Below, piece after piece: positions 1 to 10,273 of a stretch of 64,000 nucleotides of DNA. Origin of the DNA: Polyangiales bacterium. Lineage in GTDB: Bacteria; Myxococcota_A; Polyangia; Polyangiales; Polyangiaceae. The DNA lies in assembly GCA_038231275.1 (NCBI GenBank), contig JBBRLQ010000003.1, forward strand, positions 416,001 through 480,000, given 5' to 3'. The notes beneath the pieces were generated by a model. It saw only the letters and a program-made list of their open reading frames with translations. It was not told the origin of the DNA and did no database searches. The position numbers were made by a program, and so were the translations under genes. The stretch's first letter is position 1, and every line of letters begins with the position of its first letter.

Positions 1-120
1 CTCGGCCGCGAAGCCTTGGAAGCCGAGATCGAAATCGAGGGACCGCGCATACTCCTCGAAGAGCGCACGAGCTTCGGGCAGATCGTGCGGCGACGCATGG
101 ACGACGGTGACGCTCGACAT
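1..120 (-). CDS. GNAT family N-acetyltransferase, N-terminal part (runs off window)
   Basis: Reverse strand from ATG at 120 reads MSSVTVVHASPHDLPEARALFEEYARSLDFDLGFQGFAAE; LFxEYxxSLxxDLxFQxF is a typical GNAT N-terminus. Confidence 0.75.
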   Translation of the reverse strand, partial: MSSVTVVHASPHDLPEARALFEEYARSLDFDLGFQGFAAE

Positions 121-158
121 GGCGACGGCATCGTACCGCGGGCGTACATTGGAGGGAG

Positions 159-947
159 ATGCTCCGACGCCACGCCCTCGCGATCGCCGTCCTCGCGGCC
201 TCGGCCGTGCCCCTCTCGTGCACGCGGAGCGGCGAGCCGCGGATCACCGTGGAGCCGCGCACCGCCACCCCTCCCGCACGCTCCACGATCGCGGAGGCGC
301 CGTCGGTTGCCGCTCCGCCCGTGTCTGCGGCGCCGCCCGTCGCGCCGCGGGCGACCGCTCCTTCCGCGTGGACCGATCCCGCGGTCGTCGCGTCTCTGGC
401 GAGTGATTGCGGGTGGACACCGCCCAAGAGCGACGCCGAGTCGACGTCCGACTCTCGCCGCGGCGCGCTCTCTTGCGAATTTCTCGTCGAGCAGTCGTGC
501 GTGCCGGATCCGTGCCTGACGGAGCAAGAGGAGAAGTGCAAGCCCGTCTGCGCGAAGACGTGCGCCTCGTGCGGCACACGCTGCGCCGTCGCGTGCACGA
601 CCTGCAAGAGCCCGTGCCGCGACGACGCGTGCCGACTTCGGTGCGCGACGACGTGCGGCCAGTGCCGTCAAGGATGCGTCGCAGACGCCGACCGGTGCGC
701 GACCGGAACCTGCGGCGCCGCCCACGCGCGGTGCGCCACCGAAAAGAACGCGCTCTTCAAGAAGCACGCGGCCGCGTGCAAGAAGGTCTGCGCAGCAGCG
801 GCCGACTGCCCTGGTCGGTGCTCGGCCGAGCCGGAGGAGAAGCAGGCGGCGTGTTGGACGGCGTGCAAGACGCGCTTCGTCGCGGGTGGGTGCCCGGAGA
901 TCTTCTACGGCACGTGCATGATGGCAGGCTCGCTCGAAGGCGGATGA
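159..947 (+). CDS. Cys-rich secreted lipoprotein
   Basis: Signal peptide with lipobox-like PLSC, Pro/Ala tether, many CxxxC repeats, GGAGGG SD. Confidence 0.8.
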   Translation: MLRRHALAIAVLAASAVPLSCTRSGEPRITVEPRTATPPARSTIAEAPSVAAPPVSAAPPVAPRATAPSAWTDPAVVASLASDCGWTPPKSDAESTSDSRRGALSCEFLVEQSCVPDPCLTEQEEKCKPVCAKTCASCGTRCAVACTTCKSPCRDDACRLRCATTCGQCRQGCVADADRCATGTCGAAHARCATEKNALFKKHAAACKKVCAAAADCPGRCSAEPEEKQAACWTACKTRFVAGGCPEIFYGTCMMAGSLEGG

Positions 948-990
948 TACGCGTGCTCGTCACGTGCGCTGAGGAGGCGGGCGACGCCGC

Positions 991-1569
991 TCACGCGTCT
1001 CGGTATCCCCTCGCCGGCGAGGTGCAAACCGCCGTCGCGATCGCGAGCGCGCGGTCGATCTCGCCGAACGGGCTCGCGTCACGTCCATCCCATTCGAAGC
1101 GGAATACGCCGTCGTCGTACGACGACTCTCCGTAGTCTCCGAACGCGAGCAAGGCGCGGCGCGCGGCGTCGCCCAGGACCTCGACCGCGACCGCGCGGGA
1201 GGTGCCCTCGATCCGAAAACAGTCGTCGAACAAGACGTCTCCCGTTCGCAAGCCTACCTTCTGATCTTCGTGTTTCGGCCAAAGGGCGAGCTTCCCGGGA
1301 ATCCCACCGCTGGCGCGGCCTTCGACGATCCAGTGAAACGAAGGGCCGCGGTGCTCGGGGGTGACGACCATCCGCACGTCGAGGGCGACGCCGTTCTTCA
1401 GGGCCACGAACCCCATGCCATCGTTCGTGAGTCGGTAGCCGCGGTCGGCAGCGAACCGCTCGAGGCTCGAGCTTCGCCGTGAGAGTGAGGCGAGGCCGAA
1501 CCGCGAGGCCATGACGAGGCCGAGGGCGCCGACGACCCCGACCACGAGCACGCCGAACCAGAGCTCCAC
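991..1569 (-). CDS. Hypothetical membrane-anchored protein
   Basis: N-terminal TM helix (LWFGVLVVGVVGALGLVM); start at GTG 1569 inferred. Confidence 0.6.
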   Translation of the reverse strand: MELWFGVLVVGVVGALGLVMASRFGLASLSRRSSSLERFAADRGYRLTNDGMGFVALKNGVALDVRMVVTPEHRGPSFHWIVEGRASGGIPGKLALWPKHEDQKVGLRTGDVLFDDCFRIEGTSRAVAVEVLGDAARRALLAFGDYGESSYDDGVFRFEWDGRDASPFGEIDRALAIATAVCTSPARGYRDA

Positions 1570-1700
1570 GGACCTACCGTGGAATGGTGCGCCCGCCTGG
1601 TCAAGCCGACTCCCGCGGCGTGGTCCCCAGGTCGCGCCGTGTCTGCATCGCGCCCGTAATGGGGACACCGCGGATCACCTCGCGAGCGCAAACATATGCA

Positions 1701-1732
1701 TTGACAGTTATATGAATATGAGGTTATATAAC
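1701..1732 (+). promoter_or_regulatory. sigma70-type promoter and ArsR autoregulatory operator
   Basis: TTGACA at 1701, TATATA-like -10 just before ATG 1735; inverted repeat GTTATAT(1707)-N12-ATATAAC in an AT-rich island. Confidence 0.7.
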
Positions 1733-1734
1733 GC

Positions 1735-2088
1735 ATGGTCTCGACCTTCGCGGCGTTGGCAGAGCCGAATCGATTCCACATCGTGGAGCACCTCCGCCAC
1801 GGCGCGCGGAGCGTCGGGGACTTGTGCGAGCGCCTCGACTTGAGCCAGCCGCTCGTCTCGAAGCACCTCCGCGTCCTCCTGGACGCCGGTCTCGTCGACG
1901 TCGAGGCGCGCTCCCGCCAGCGGTTCTACGGCCTCCGTCCGAAGCCGCTCCGCGCGCTCCACGACTGGCTCGACACGTACCGCACGATTTGGGACGCGCG
2001 CTTCACGGCGCTCGACGATCTCCTCGTCGAGCTCGAACCCAACACCAAAAAGAAGGAGTCCCCCCATGGCCGCAAGAGGCGAAGCTGA
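1735..2088 (+). CDS. ArsR/SmtB family transcriptional regulator
   Basis: FAALAEPNRFHIVEHL...SQPLVSKHLRVLLDAGLV winged HTH. Confidence 0.92.
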   Translation: MVSTFAALAEPNRFHIVEHLRHGARSVGDLCERLDLSQPLVSKHLRVLLDAGLVDVEARSRQRFYGLRPKPLRALHDWLDTYRTIWDARFTALDDLLVELEPNTKKKESPHGRKRRS

Positions 2089-2578
2089 CCGATTCCAGAC
2101 CCACGCCGAGCGCGTCTCCGACCGCGAGCTCTTCATGCGACGCGTGTTCCGTGCGGTTCGTCAGACGGTCTTCGACGCGATGACGAAGGAAGATCTCGTG
2201 CGCCGCTGGTGGGCACCGAGATCCCTCGGCGTCACGCTCTTCGAGTGCTCCATCGAGGCGCGCGTCGGCGGCGCCTACCGCTACGTCTTCGGCAAGGAGG
2301 GGCAGCCGCCGATGGCCTTCTCCGGCGTCTTCCGCGAGGTCGCGCCCGGCGCGCGCGTCGTCTACACGCAAATTTTCGAGCCGATGCGCGAGGCGGGGGA
2401 GGGGCTCATCACCGCGACATACGCCGACACGGACGACGGATTCACGCTCTTCGAGCAGCGCGAGCTCTATCCGTCGAAGGAGGTCCTCGACGGCGCGATG
2501 GCGTCCGGCATGGAGCGCGGCATGCGCGAGACGCTGGACCAGCTCGCGACGCTGCTCGGCGAGCTCGGGTCGTCGTGA
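2066..2578 (+). CDS. SRPBCC/AHSA1 (Hsp90 activator-like) domain protein
   Basis: RVFRA..VFDAMT..LVRRWW..ARVGGAYRY..MERGMRETLDQL; overlaps and follows the ArsR gene. Confidence 0.9.
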   Translation: MAARGEADRFQTHAERVSDRELFMRRVFRAVRQTVFDAMTKEDLVRRWWAPRSLGVTLFECSIEARVGGAYRYVFGKEGQPPMAFSGVFREVAPGARVVYTQIFEPMREAGEGLITATYADTDDGFTLFEQRELYPSKEVLDGAMASGMERGMRETLDQLATLLGELGSS

Positions 2579-2584
2579 CTCCTC

Positions 2585-2842
2585 TCAATCGCAGGTGCAG
2601 AAGTCGATGAGCGTCGGAGCGCAGCCGCCGATCCCGCAGTGGTACTCGCGGTCGCGGCCGCAGCCGTAGGCGCAGTAGCGCGACTCCCTCGCGTTGTTGA
2701 CGCAGACATCCACCTCGGAGCGAGGGCACGGGAGGTCCTCCGCGCCGACGTCTCGCACCTCGTCGTAGTAGGGATCGACCGCGATGCAACTCGACAGCAC
2801 ACCGAGCGCTGCTGCGACGACGAGGAGGGCGCGCAGGTTCAT
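2585..2842 (-). CDS. Small Cys-rich lipoprotein
   Basis: MNLRALLVVAAALGVLSSC lipobox; DLPCP...YCAYGCG..YHC pattern. Confidence 0.75.
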   Translation of the reverse strand: MNLRALLVVAAALGVLSSCIAVDPYYDEVRDVGAEDLPCPRSEVDVCVNNARESRYCAYGCGRDREYHCGIGGCAPTLIDFCTCD

Positions 2843-2855
2843 ACAGCGAGGTAGA

Positions 2856-2870
2856 GCATCCGCCGTACCA
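2856..2870 (-). promoter_or_regulatory. Putative sigma54 -24/-12 promoter
   Basis: TGGTACGGCGGATGC (GG-N10-GC), 13 nt upstream of ATG 2842. Confidence 0.5.
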
Positions 2871-3091
2871 GCGCCGGCGACCGCGCGCGCCCAAAATCAC
2901 GAAGAAATCGAGCGCGGTTTCGTGCGCGCCGCGGCTGCCCGTCGTGCCTTTGCGACAAGCGGCCTCGACGAGTCGCGGGGCACGGGGCGCCCAGGCGTCA
3001 CCGCGTCACTACCTACACGGAGGGCACACGAACCGATCGAAAATACGATTGAAGTTCGAGCAAGTCTTCTACGTCTGACGTGTAGACGACG

Positions 3092-3562
3092 TCAGCGTGT
3101 CATCTCGAGCATCGTCGCGCGGAAGCCGGCGGCGGCGAACAAGCGCTGGGCGGCGACGTTCGACACCATCGTTTGGAGGATCACGCGTGCGGCGCCCGCC
3201 GCCTCGAGGCGCGCGACGAGGTCGTCCAGTAGGCGCTTTCCTACGCCGGCCTTTCGCGCATCGTCGGCGACGAAGATGTCGTGGATCGCGCCGTGCTCGT
3301 CGAGCAGCATGTTCCAGTCGCGTGCCTCGAGCGTGCCGTACGCGTACCCGACGACGCGCCCATCGATCTCCGCGACGACGACGCGCGCGCGGTCGCGAGC
3401 GATCTCTCGCGCCAGCCAGCCCTCGTAGCCTTCTTCGATCCGCTCCGGCAGAAAGAAGCGCGCGGGATCGACGGCGTGGTGCATGCGCACCAGCGCGCCC
3501 GCCATCTTCGCGAGGTGAGGGAGATCGGTCGCGATCGCGGGACGGACGATGGGCTCTGTCAC
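3092..3562 (-). CDS. GNAT family N-acetyltransferase
   Basis: VVAEIDGRVVGY, IFVADDARKAGVGKRL, NVAAQRLFAAAGF motifs. Confidence 0.92.
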   Translation of the reverse strand: MTEPIVRPAIATDLPHLAKMAGALVRMHHAVDPARFFLPERIEEGYEGWLAREIARDRARVVVAEIDGRVVGYAYGTLEARDWNMLLDEHGAIHDIFVADDARKAGVGKRLLDDLVARLEAAGAARVILQTMVSNVAAQRLFAAAGFRATMLEMTR

Positions 3563-3572
3563 GCCCAGGAGC

Positions 3573-3914
3573 TTAGCGCGTCGGCGTCGGCATGCTGGGG
3601 ACCGGAGGACACACGCACGTGACCCGCGCCTCGGTCGAGCCGGAGCAATCCGCCGGCACCGTCGCCGCGCACGTGAAGGTGGAGCTTCGGGGCTTCGGGT
3701 CGGCGACCGGCGAAGGCACCCCGCCCCCGCAGGGCCCGTATTCGAGGCAGTGCTCGTTCGCAGCGCACGTCGCCGTGCCGCACGTCATGCCCTTCGCAGG
3801 CGACGGAGGTTGCGCCGTCGACGCGGACGAGGCCGTCGGCGCGACGGGCGGCGGCGTGCCCGGGTCGCATGCCAAGAAGAGGAGGGCGAGGATCTCGACC
3901 GAAAGGATTCGCAC
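3573..3914 (-). CDS. Small Cys-rich lipoprotein
   Basis: ILALLFLAC lipobox, Pro/Ser tether, CGTATCAANEHC; start at GTG 3914 inferred. Confidence 0.6.
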   Translation of the reverse strand: MRILSVEILALLFLACDPGTPPPVAPTASSASTAQPPSPAKGMTCGTATCAANEHCLEYGPCGGGVPSPVADPKPRSSTFTCAATVPADCSGSTEARVTCVCPPVPSMPTPTR

Positions 3915-4200
3915 GGACCCGAGTGTATCGACGCGCGCGATCGAGGCAAGGCCGGAAGCCGTCACGCTCTCGCGATCCGACGCGGCGCTCACGGGAGGTT
4001 CGGTAGCACCAGCGGCCCGAGGAACACGAGCGCGAGCACCGCGATGCTGAAGATCTTCTGTCCGGCGGCGCTCATGGGAGATCATACGGAGCCGGCAGGA
4101 AAACGATCTGGGTGCCGATCAGGAACGCGGCCTTCGCTCATCCCCCGGAATTCTCGGCAAATTGCGCCTGACGCCGGATTCTGGCACCCTGCGCCGCGGC

Positions 4201-6072
4201 ATGAACAAACCGCATCGCCTTCGGGTCATCGCGTGCCTCGTTCCGCTCGCCGTGCTGGCGCGCGCTTCCGCGGGGTGCGGGACCGCAAAGTCGTCGTCTG
4301 GCTCGACGCCCGACGGCGGCGGCACGCCGGACTTTCAGGACGGCGGCGGATCGTTCGGCGATGGAGGATCGAGCGGACACCCGAACCCGCAGGTGCCGAT
4401 CACGATCGACGATTGTCCAGGCACACTCCCCGCGGCGACGGTGACCGCGCTCCAGGCGGGCGGTCCGGTCGATGCGGCGATGAAGTGGCTCTACCCCTAC
4501 GACGGCACCGTCTTCCCCGGCGGCCTCGCGGGGCCGGTGCTGCAGTGGGCGCCTCAAGCGGCGGGCACCGACGGCATCTACGTGCACATGCACTCGCAGC
4601 TCTTCGACTACAAAGGGTGCTTCGGTCCCGCCAATCCGGCGCGATGGACCGTCTCGATGAGCGTGTGGTCGAAGGCGTGGCTGCAGAGCAAAGGCTCCGC
4701 CGATCCGCTGCGCGTCGAGCTGACGACGATCGCCGGCGGTAAGGTGAGCGGGCCCATCACCGAGTCGTGGACGTTCGCGCTCGGGAGCCTCAAAGGCTCG
4801 ATTTACTACAACACGTACACCTCGCCGCAGGTCAAAAACAACGGCGCGGTCATGCGCATCCAGCCGGGCGCGACGGCGCCGACGGCGCTCCTCTCGATCG
4901 CGGGGACGTCGCCGGTCGGGCCGTGCATCTCGTGCCATTCGCTCTCGGCCGACGGCGCGACGATGGTGGCCCAGCGCCATCAGTACCCGCCGGGGCTCGT
5001 GCAGAGCGAGTCGTACGATCTGAAAGCGCAGCCCATGCCGAACCCCGCCGCGCCGCTCGCGACGAAGAAGACCGACGACTGGGGCTTCAGTGCGCTCTAC
5101 CCCGACGGCTCCCGCCTCCTCACCAACGGCGCGCCTGGTCAGACCGGCGGCATCTTCCCGGCGGGACCAGGCAGCAACCCCGGGATGGAAGGTCCGCTCG
5201 CGAGCACGATGTACGATCCAAGGACGGGAAACACGATCGCCTTCACCGGCCTCAGCGTGAAGTACGCCAAGATGCCAGCGTTCTCGCCCGACGGGACGAA
5301 GCTCGTCTTCAACGATCACGACACGGGCGGAGGCCACTCGCTCACCGTCCAGGATTTCGATCCGAAGACGAACACCTTCGCGAACGCGCGCACCATCTTC
5401 AAGGATTCGAATCTCTATCCTGGGTGGCCGTTCTTCACGCCCGACTCCACCTCCGTCATCTTCGTCGTCGGCGACTCGCCGAACTACGCGAGCGTCTACG
5501 ATCCGACGCAGCCGACTGTCACCAAAGGTGATCTGCGCGTCGTCGACGTCGCTGGCGGCACTTCGATCGCGCTCGACTCTGCAAACGGCCTCAAGGGAGG
5601 CGCGAGCACGTTGCCGTACCCCGGGCGCGACGAGCACCTCGATTTCTATCCCACGGTGAGCCCCGTCGCGGCGGGCGGCTACTACTGGGTATTTTTCACG
5701 AGCCGCCGCAACTACGGCAACACGCTCGTCGGCGCCGTGGAGGACACGCGCTCGAAGAAGATCTGGGTGAGCGCCGTCTCGATCGGCGCGCCGCCTGGCC
5801 AGGACCCGAGTCACCCCGCGTTCTACTTGCCGGGACAAGAGGACGGCAGCGGGAACATCCGCGCGTTCGCGACGCTCGATCCGTGCAAGGCGGCGGGGAG
5901 CGACTGCCAGAGCGGCATCGACTGCTGCGGCGGCGCGTGCGTGAGCGGAAAATGCGGCGCGCCGTCGGGCTGCGCGAAGACGGACGAGAAGTGTACGAAG
6001 ACCGCCGACTGCTGCACGACCGAGGGGGCCCTCCAGTGCATCAACGGCTTCTGCGCGCAGATCATCCGCTGA
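4201..6072 (+). CDS. TolB-like/PD40 beta-propeller lipoprotein with C-terminal Cys-rich module
   Basis: Lipobox SAGC; MPAFSPDGTKLVF, WPFFTPD, WVFFTSRRNYG; CISCH; C-terminal CxxxGxxCxxxxxCC repeats. Confidence 0.8.
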   Translation: MNKPHRLRVIACLVPLAVLARASAGCGTAKSSSGSTPDGGGTPDFQDGGGSFGDGGSSGHPNPQVPITIDDCPGTLPAATVTALQAGGPVDAAMKWLYPYDGTVFPGGLAGPVLQWAPQAAGTDGIYVHMHSQLFDYKGCFGPANPARWTVSMSVWSKAWLQSKGSADPLRVELTTIAGGKVSGPITESWTFALGSLKGSIYYNTYTSPQVKNNGAVMRIQPGATAPTALLSIAGTSPVGPCISCHSLSADGATMVAQRHQYPPGLVQSESYDLKAQPMPNPAAPLATKKTDDWGFSALYPDGSRLLTNGAPGQTGGIFPAGPGSNPGMEGPLASTMYDPRTGNTIAFTGLSVKYAKMPAFSPDGTKLVFNDHDTGGGHSLTVQDFDPKTNTFANARTIFKDSNLYPGWPFFTPDSTSVIFVVGDSPNYASVYDPTQPTVTKGDLRVVDVAGGTSIALDSANGLKGGASTLPYPGRDEHLDFYPTVSPVAAGGYYWVFFTSRRNYGNTLVGAVEDTRSKKIWVSAVSIGAPPGQDPSHPAFYLPGQEDGSGNIRAFATLDPCKAAGSDCQSGIDCCGGACVSGKCGAPSGCAKTDEKCTKTADCCTTEGALQCINGFCAQIIR

Positions 6073-6103
6073 TCTCGCATCACGCGCGGCCGAGCGTGCG
6101 GCG

Positions 6104-7531
6104 CTAAGGGCAGGCGGCCGAGAACGTCGCGGGCGTGGCCCAGCCGATCGACGACGCCGCCGGGTAATACGCGCTGAACGAGTAACACATCTCGTTTTCG
6201 GAATTTTGGCCGAACGAGACGCCGGACGCGGTCGTGTTGTTCCACACGCACTCGGTCTTCACGACGTCGCCTTTGTGGAGGAGCGCGTCGAACGTCAGCC
6301 ACGGCTGGTTCTTGAAGTCCCACGTCGCGTCGGTGCCCATGTCCACCTGCGCGCCTCCGCCCGACGGCAGCTGTTTGGTCGAGATGGATTTCCCGAGCTG
6401 GTGCATGTGCGGGAACGAGGCGAAGACGCGTCGCCCGTCGAACGCGTCGGGCACCGTGTAGCAGGCTTTGAGATCGGTCGTGGCGTGCGGCGGGAGCGAG
6501 ATCGCCTGCGTGCCGAACGCGACGACGTCGGCGTCGTACTTGCGCAAGGTCGGCGTGGTGCAGAGATCGAAGCCGGTCGCGTCGCTCGCGTTCGGCGAGC
6601 CCGCAGCGTTGTTGTAGTGGATCTGCACTTGGTAGTGCGTCGACGCGTCTTGCCGGAACCCTGCTTCGGGAGGCAGAACGAGCGGCAAACCGCCCGGCGA
6701 CCATGCGTAGATCATCTGCGCCGCGAGCGACGGGCCCGGGTTGCACGTCACCGGCGTCGACGACGTCGTCCCCGGCGATCGCAAGAGGAGGATGTGGTGC
6801 ACGATCTTCGGGTTGTCGACGTGCACGCGAATGCCCGTGACGTGGCGCGTGCCGGCGGGGACGTCGAAGCCGTAGCAGGCGTACTCCTCGGGGGAGCCCA
6901 TCTTGTACGCCGTCGCGGGGGCGATGCGCAGATCGGGGATGCACGCGGTCGGGGTCGTGCCTCCGTCGTCCGTCGGGGTCGTGCCTCCGTCGGGGGTCGC
7001 CGTGCATGTCGCGCCCGCTGCGCCTGCAGGGCCTCCGCCCTGAACCCACGCGTCGAGCGTGGCGGCGTCCGTCGCGTCGAGGCGCGCGTTGGGCGGCGGC
7101 GGCATCGGCTGCGCGTCGTCGTGGATGCGCGCGTGGAGGCGCTGGAAGACGGGCACGCTCGATGCGCTCTTCGACGGCGCGTGGAGATCGTCGTAGGTCA
7201 CGAGCGGCATCGGCGCGCCGAAGAGAGGCGTGGCGGCGTGGCACGATCGGCACCGCGCCGCGAAGACGGCGTCGACGTCACAAGGGAGCGCGTGGACAAC
7301 GCCGCCGCCGTCGACGGCGTGGTTCCCCGAGGAGCCACCCGGCTGCGCGCCGACCGGCGACGTTCCGCAGCCAACGTGCGCAGCGATCACGACGAGGCTC
7401 GCGAACCCGATCAACGCGCAACGCAGGTCGTCCTCGCGGCTAATGACCTCGCCATCATGAACCAAGCGGCCGCATGTGGCGAGGCCCTCGGCTCGCGTGG
7501 CGCCAGGAGCGCCGGGATGCCGTCTCGCCAT
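6104..7531 (-). CDS. Copper type II (peptidylglycine/dopamine monooxygenase-like) protein with N-terminal c-type heme motif
   Basis: CRSCH; VHHILL, QIHYNN, FPHMHQLG, ENEMC copper ligands; ATG overlaps the upstream stop (TGATG). Confidence 0.85.
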   Translation of the reverse strand: MARRHPGAPGATRAEGLATCGRLVHDGEVISREDDLRCALIGFASLVVIAAHVGCGTSPVGAQPGGSSGNHAVDGGGVVHALPCDVDAVFAARCRSCHAATPLFGAPMPLVTYDDLHAPSKSASSVPVFQRLHARIHDDAQPMPPPPNARLDATDAATLDAWVQGGGPAGAAGATCTATPDGGTTPTDDGGTTPTACIPDLRIAPATAYKMGSPEEYACYGFDVPAGTRHVTGIRVHVDNPKIVHHILLLRSPGTTSSTPVTCNPGPSLAAQMIYAWSPGGLPLVLPPEAGFRQDASTHYQVQIHYNNAAGSPNASDATGFDLCTTPTLRKYDADVVAFGTQAISLPPHATTDLKACYTVPDAFDGRRVFASFPHMHQLGKSISTKQLPSGGGAQVDMGTDATWDFKNQPWLTFDALLHKGDVVKTECVWNNTTASGVSFGQNSENEMCYSFSAYYPAASSIGWATPATFSAACP

Positions 7532-8253
7532 CACTTCGAGAGAGCCGAGGCGGCCACGTAGACGAGCCCGACCACTGGCGGCACGCCGACCACGCAGCCG
7601 AGCACGCACGCCACGAGGAAGCCGTAGAGCGACACGACCACGGCGCGCCCCGTGTCGATGCCCTGCGATTCGCGCACGACGACGAGCCAGTAGTACGAGC
7701 CGAGCCCGAGAATCGCCACGAACGAGAGGAACGACATCATCAGATCGCCGGTCACGTCGGCGAGCCCGAGGATCTGAATCCAGCCCGCGTACGCGAAGAG
7801 CTGCACGATGCGGCGGAACGGCGTGTGAAGGCACCGGGCGAAGCGAAGCCCGATCCAGGTGAGAAACGCCGTCGCGTAGAGGTTGAACAGGTACGTGATC
7901 GGCGTGATGACGAGCGAGCCGATCGCCGAGACGGAGGTGAGGGTCCGGATCATCTCGGGCGCGTGAGGCACCACTTGCTCGAGCTGCGGATAGATGGGGC
8001 TCAGCGCCTGTTCGAGCTCCGCCGCGCCGAAGAGCTGGTGATGAAGGAAGCTTGCGACCGCGATGATCAGCTCGAACGCGAAGCCGTACGCGAGCGCCGG
8101 CCAAACCGAATCCTCCGTGGGCACGAGCCCATAGAAGCGCGTCGGCTCACGGATCGAGAAGACGAGCGTCTCCCTGAAGGCGCGAACGACGCCGAGCTCG
8201 CGCCGCCGCTCCCATGGAATCGAAGGGGGCTGCCCCGCCCCGGCGAGGCTCAT
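7531..8253 (-). CDS. YIP1 family membrane protein
   Basis: IPWE..AFRETL..REPTRFY N-terminus plus about five TM helices. Confidence 0.75.
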   Translation of the reverse strand: MSLAGAGQPPSIPWERRRELGVVRAFRETLVFSIREPTRFYGLVPTEDSVWPALAYGFAFELIIAVASFLHHQLFGAAELEQALSPIYPQLEQVVPHAPEMIRTLTSVSAIGSLVITPITYLFNLYATAFLTWIGLRFARCLHTPFRRIVQLFAYAGWIQILGLADVTGDLMMSFLSFVAILGLGSYYWLVVVRESQGIDTGRAVVVSLYGFLVACVLGCVVGVPPVVGLVYVAASALSK

Positions 8254-8386
8254 GGTGAAGAGTCTGACACGACGCTTCGTTGAGCGCAGTGTTCGGTTGC
8301 TCGACGAAGAGCTCGGCAGGCGGCAGCGTGGCGAGGGTGTCGATGAAAGAGCGACCGCTCACCCCGTAACGCTCGTGCCGATGGCG

Positions 8387-10150
8387 TCAGTTTTGCCAGT
8401 CGACGTCGATGCTCGCCGTGGTCGCGACGGGGATCGCGTTCGCTCGGTTTCCGAGCGCCTGGCGTTCGTAGCGAACCGCCGCGGCTTCACCCACGATGGT
8501 CTTCCACTCGATCGTCGCCCCCTGCGGGATCTCCGCATGGCCAGTGTAGCGGTATCGGCCGCTCGTATCGGATGTCGTCTTCACGAGGGTGACCGACGGG
8601 TTCGCGATCTTCCACGCGCCGAGCGGATCGGTAGAGAGCGCGCCGATGCCGGCGGGTGCGGTCGTCGCGCCGAGGACGCGGAACCCTTCGGTGGTCGGAT
8701 CGAAATCGGGCGCGCCGACGGCCGTTCTCACGGTGAACGTCACGTCGCACGTGGGCGGCGCGAAGCCTGCTACGTCCACGAGGGCGAACATGGGGCGCGC
8801 GTCGTTGGCGCCGACGTCGATCGTGCTGCGCGTGAAGCTCACAGCGTCCACGTGGCGGAAGAAGACGCCGGCGGCCGGCACTTGGCCCCACAAATTGGGA
8901 TCAGGGTATTGCCCGGCATATTCCGGCGGAACGGCCGGCACGCTCCCGACGCCGCCGCGCGCCGTGACGTGGACGTCCTGGAACGCGACGTTCTTCACGA
9001 GGTAGGTCTGCCCGCCCTGCGACAAGCCGGAGATGACCGAGCCCCAGTCGTGGCGCACGCCGTCGCCCGTCACGTTCTCGAACCGAACGCCGTCGACGCT
9101 GCCGATCTTTCGCGGCGCGTCGGCGGGGCGATCGCCGCGATCGCCGATCAAGACGAAGAACGGCGTGCCCACGTCCTTGAACGTGATGTTGCGGAAGACG
9201 ACGTTCTGGATGTCCGCGCCGTCGACCGACTCGACCGCCATCGCGGCCTTGTCGGCGTGCTGGACGTCGATCGTGTCGAACGTGATGTTCGTGAAGTTGC
9301 CGTAGGTGGCCGTCCCGATCTTGAGCGCGTTCGCGACGCCGGCCGTCATGACGTGGCTGTTCCGAACGGTGACGTTGTCGACGCCGCGCGCGACGCCGCT
9401 CTTCAGGCAAATCGCGTCGTCTTCGGACGAGACCGTGCAGCCTTCGACGAGGACGTCGTGGCAATCGACGATGTCGATCCCGTCGCGCGTGCTGCCGTGC
9501 GTGGAGTCGACGACGAGGTTCCTGATCGTGAGACCGTCGGTCTCCATGTTGACGACGGCCCACATCGCCGCGTTCTTCACGGTGAGGCTGTCGATCGTGA
9601 CCTTCTGCGAGAGGACGACGAAGATCGCCATCGGGCGCTTCGCCTACGGCAGAGTCTTGGACGAGCCATGCCACTTCGCGGCGTCGCCGTGGCCGTCGAT
9701 GATGCCGGTGCCGGTGAGGTGGAGATCGTGGACGCCTTCCGCGTAGAGGAGCGTCTTCTTGCAGTTGTGGAGCTGCGAGTTGTTCGTCGCGGGCGTCGTG
9801 TCGGGGTAGTCGGCGTCGTCGAGGGAGCCCCTGAGCGTGGCGCCGCCGTGGACGTGGAAGATCATGTTGCTCTTCAGGCGCAGCATGCCCGAGAGGAAGG
9901 TGCCCTTCTGGAGGTGCACTTCGCCGCCGACGTCGGCGCACGCGTCGATCGCGGCCTGGAGGGCCGCCGTGTCCTTCGTGACGCCGTCGCCCTTCGCGCC
10001 AAAGGCCCGCGCATCACACGAACGGACGCCGGTCGCGCTCTCGTCGCCGGTATCGCTCGTGCTCGCGTCGGTGGCATGGACGCATGCGACGATGGGCGAC
10101 GCGACCGCCAGGAGAGGCGCGCAGAGAAAGGCGACAGGTCGCATGAACAT
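8387..10150 (-). pseudogene. Glycoside hydrolase family 28 (polygalacturonase-like) with C-terminal CBM20-like domain, interrupted by in-frame TAG
   Basis: FGAKGDGVTKDTAALQAAID, TRDGIDIVDC, EDDAICLKSG; TAG at 9644-9646 is in frame with both halves (KTLP*AKRPMAIF). Confidence 0.8.
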
Positions 10151-10273
10151 CTGACGCCACTTGTACGCCGCCGTCGCGAAAAAACTCCCTGAGAGGCCCT
10201 CCGCGTCGGTCCCAGAGGTTGGGATCAATTCGATCACACCGCGACGGATCGCGAACGGCGTAGAGTCACGGGC

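Noticed and set aside
4182-4197. sigma54 box TGGCACCCTGCGCCGC before the TolB-like gene
   Set aside because: GG-to-GC spacing is 11, not 10, and there is no TTGC
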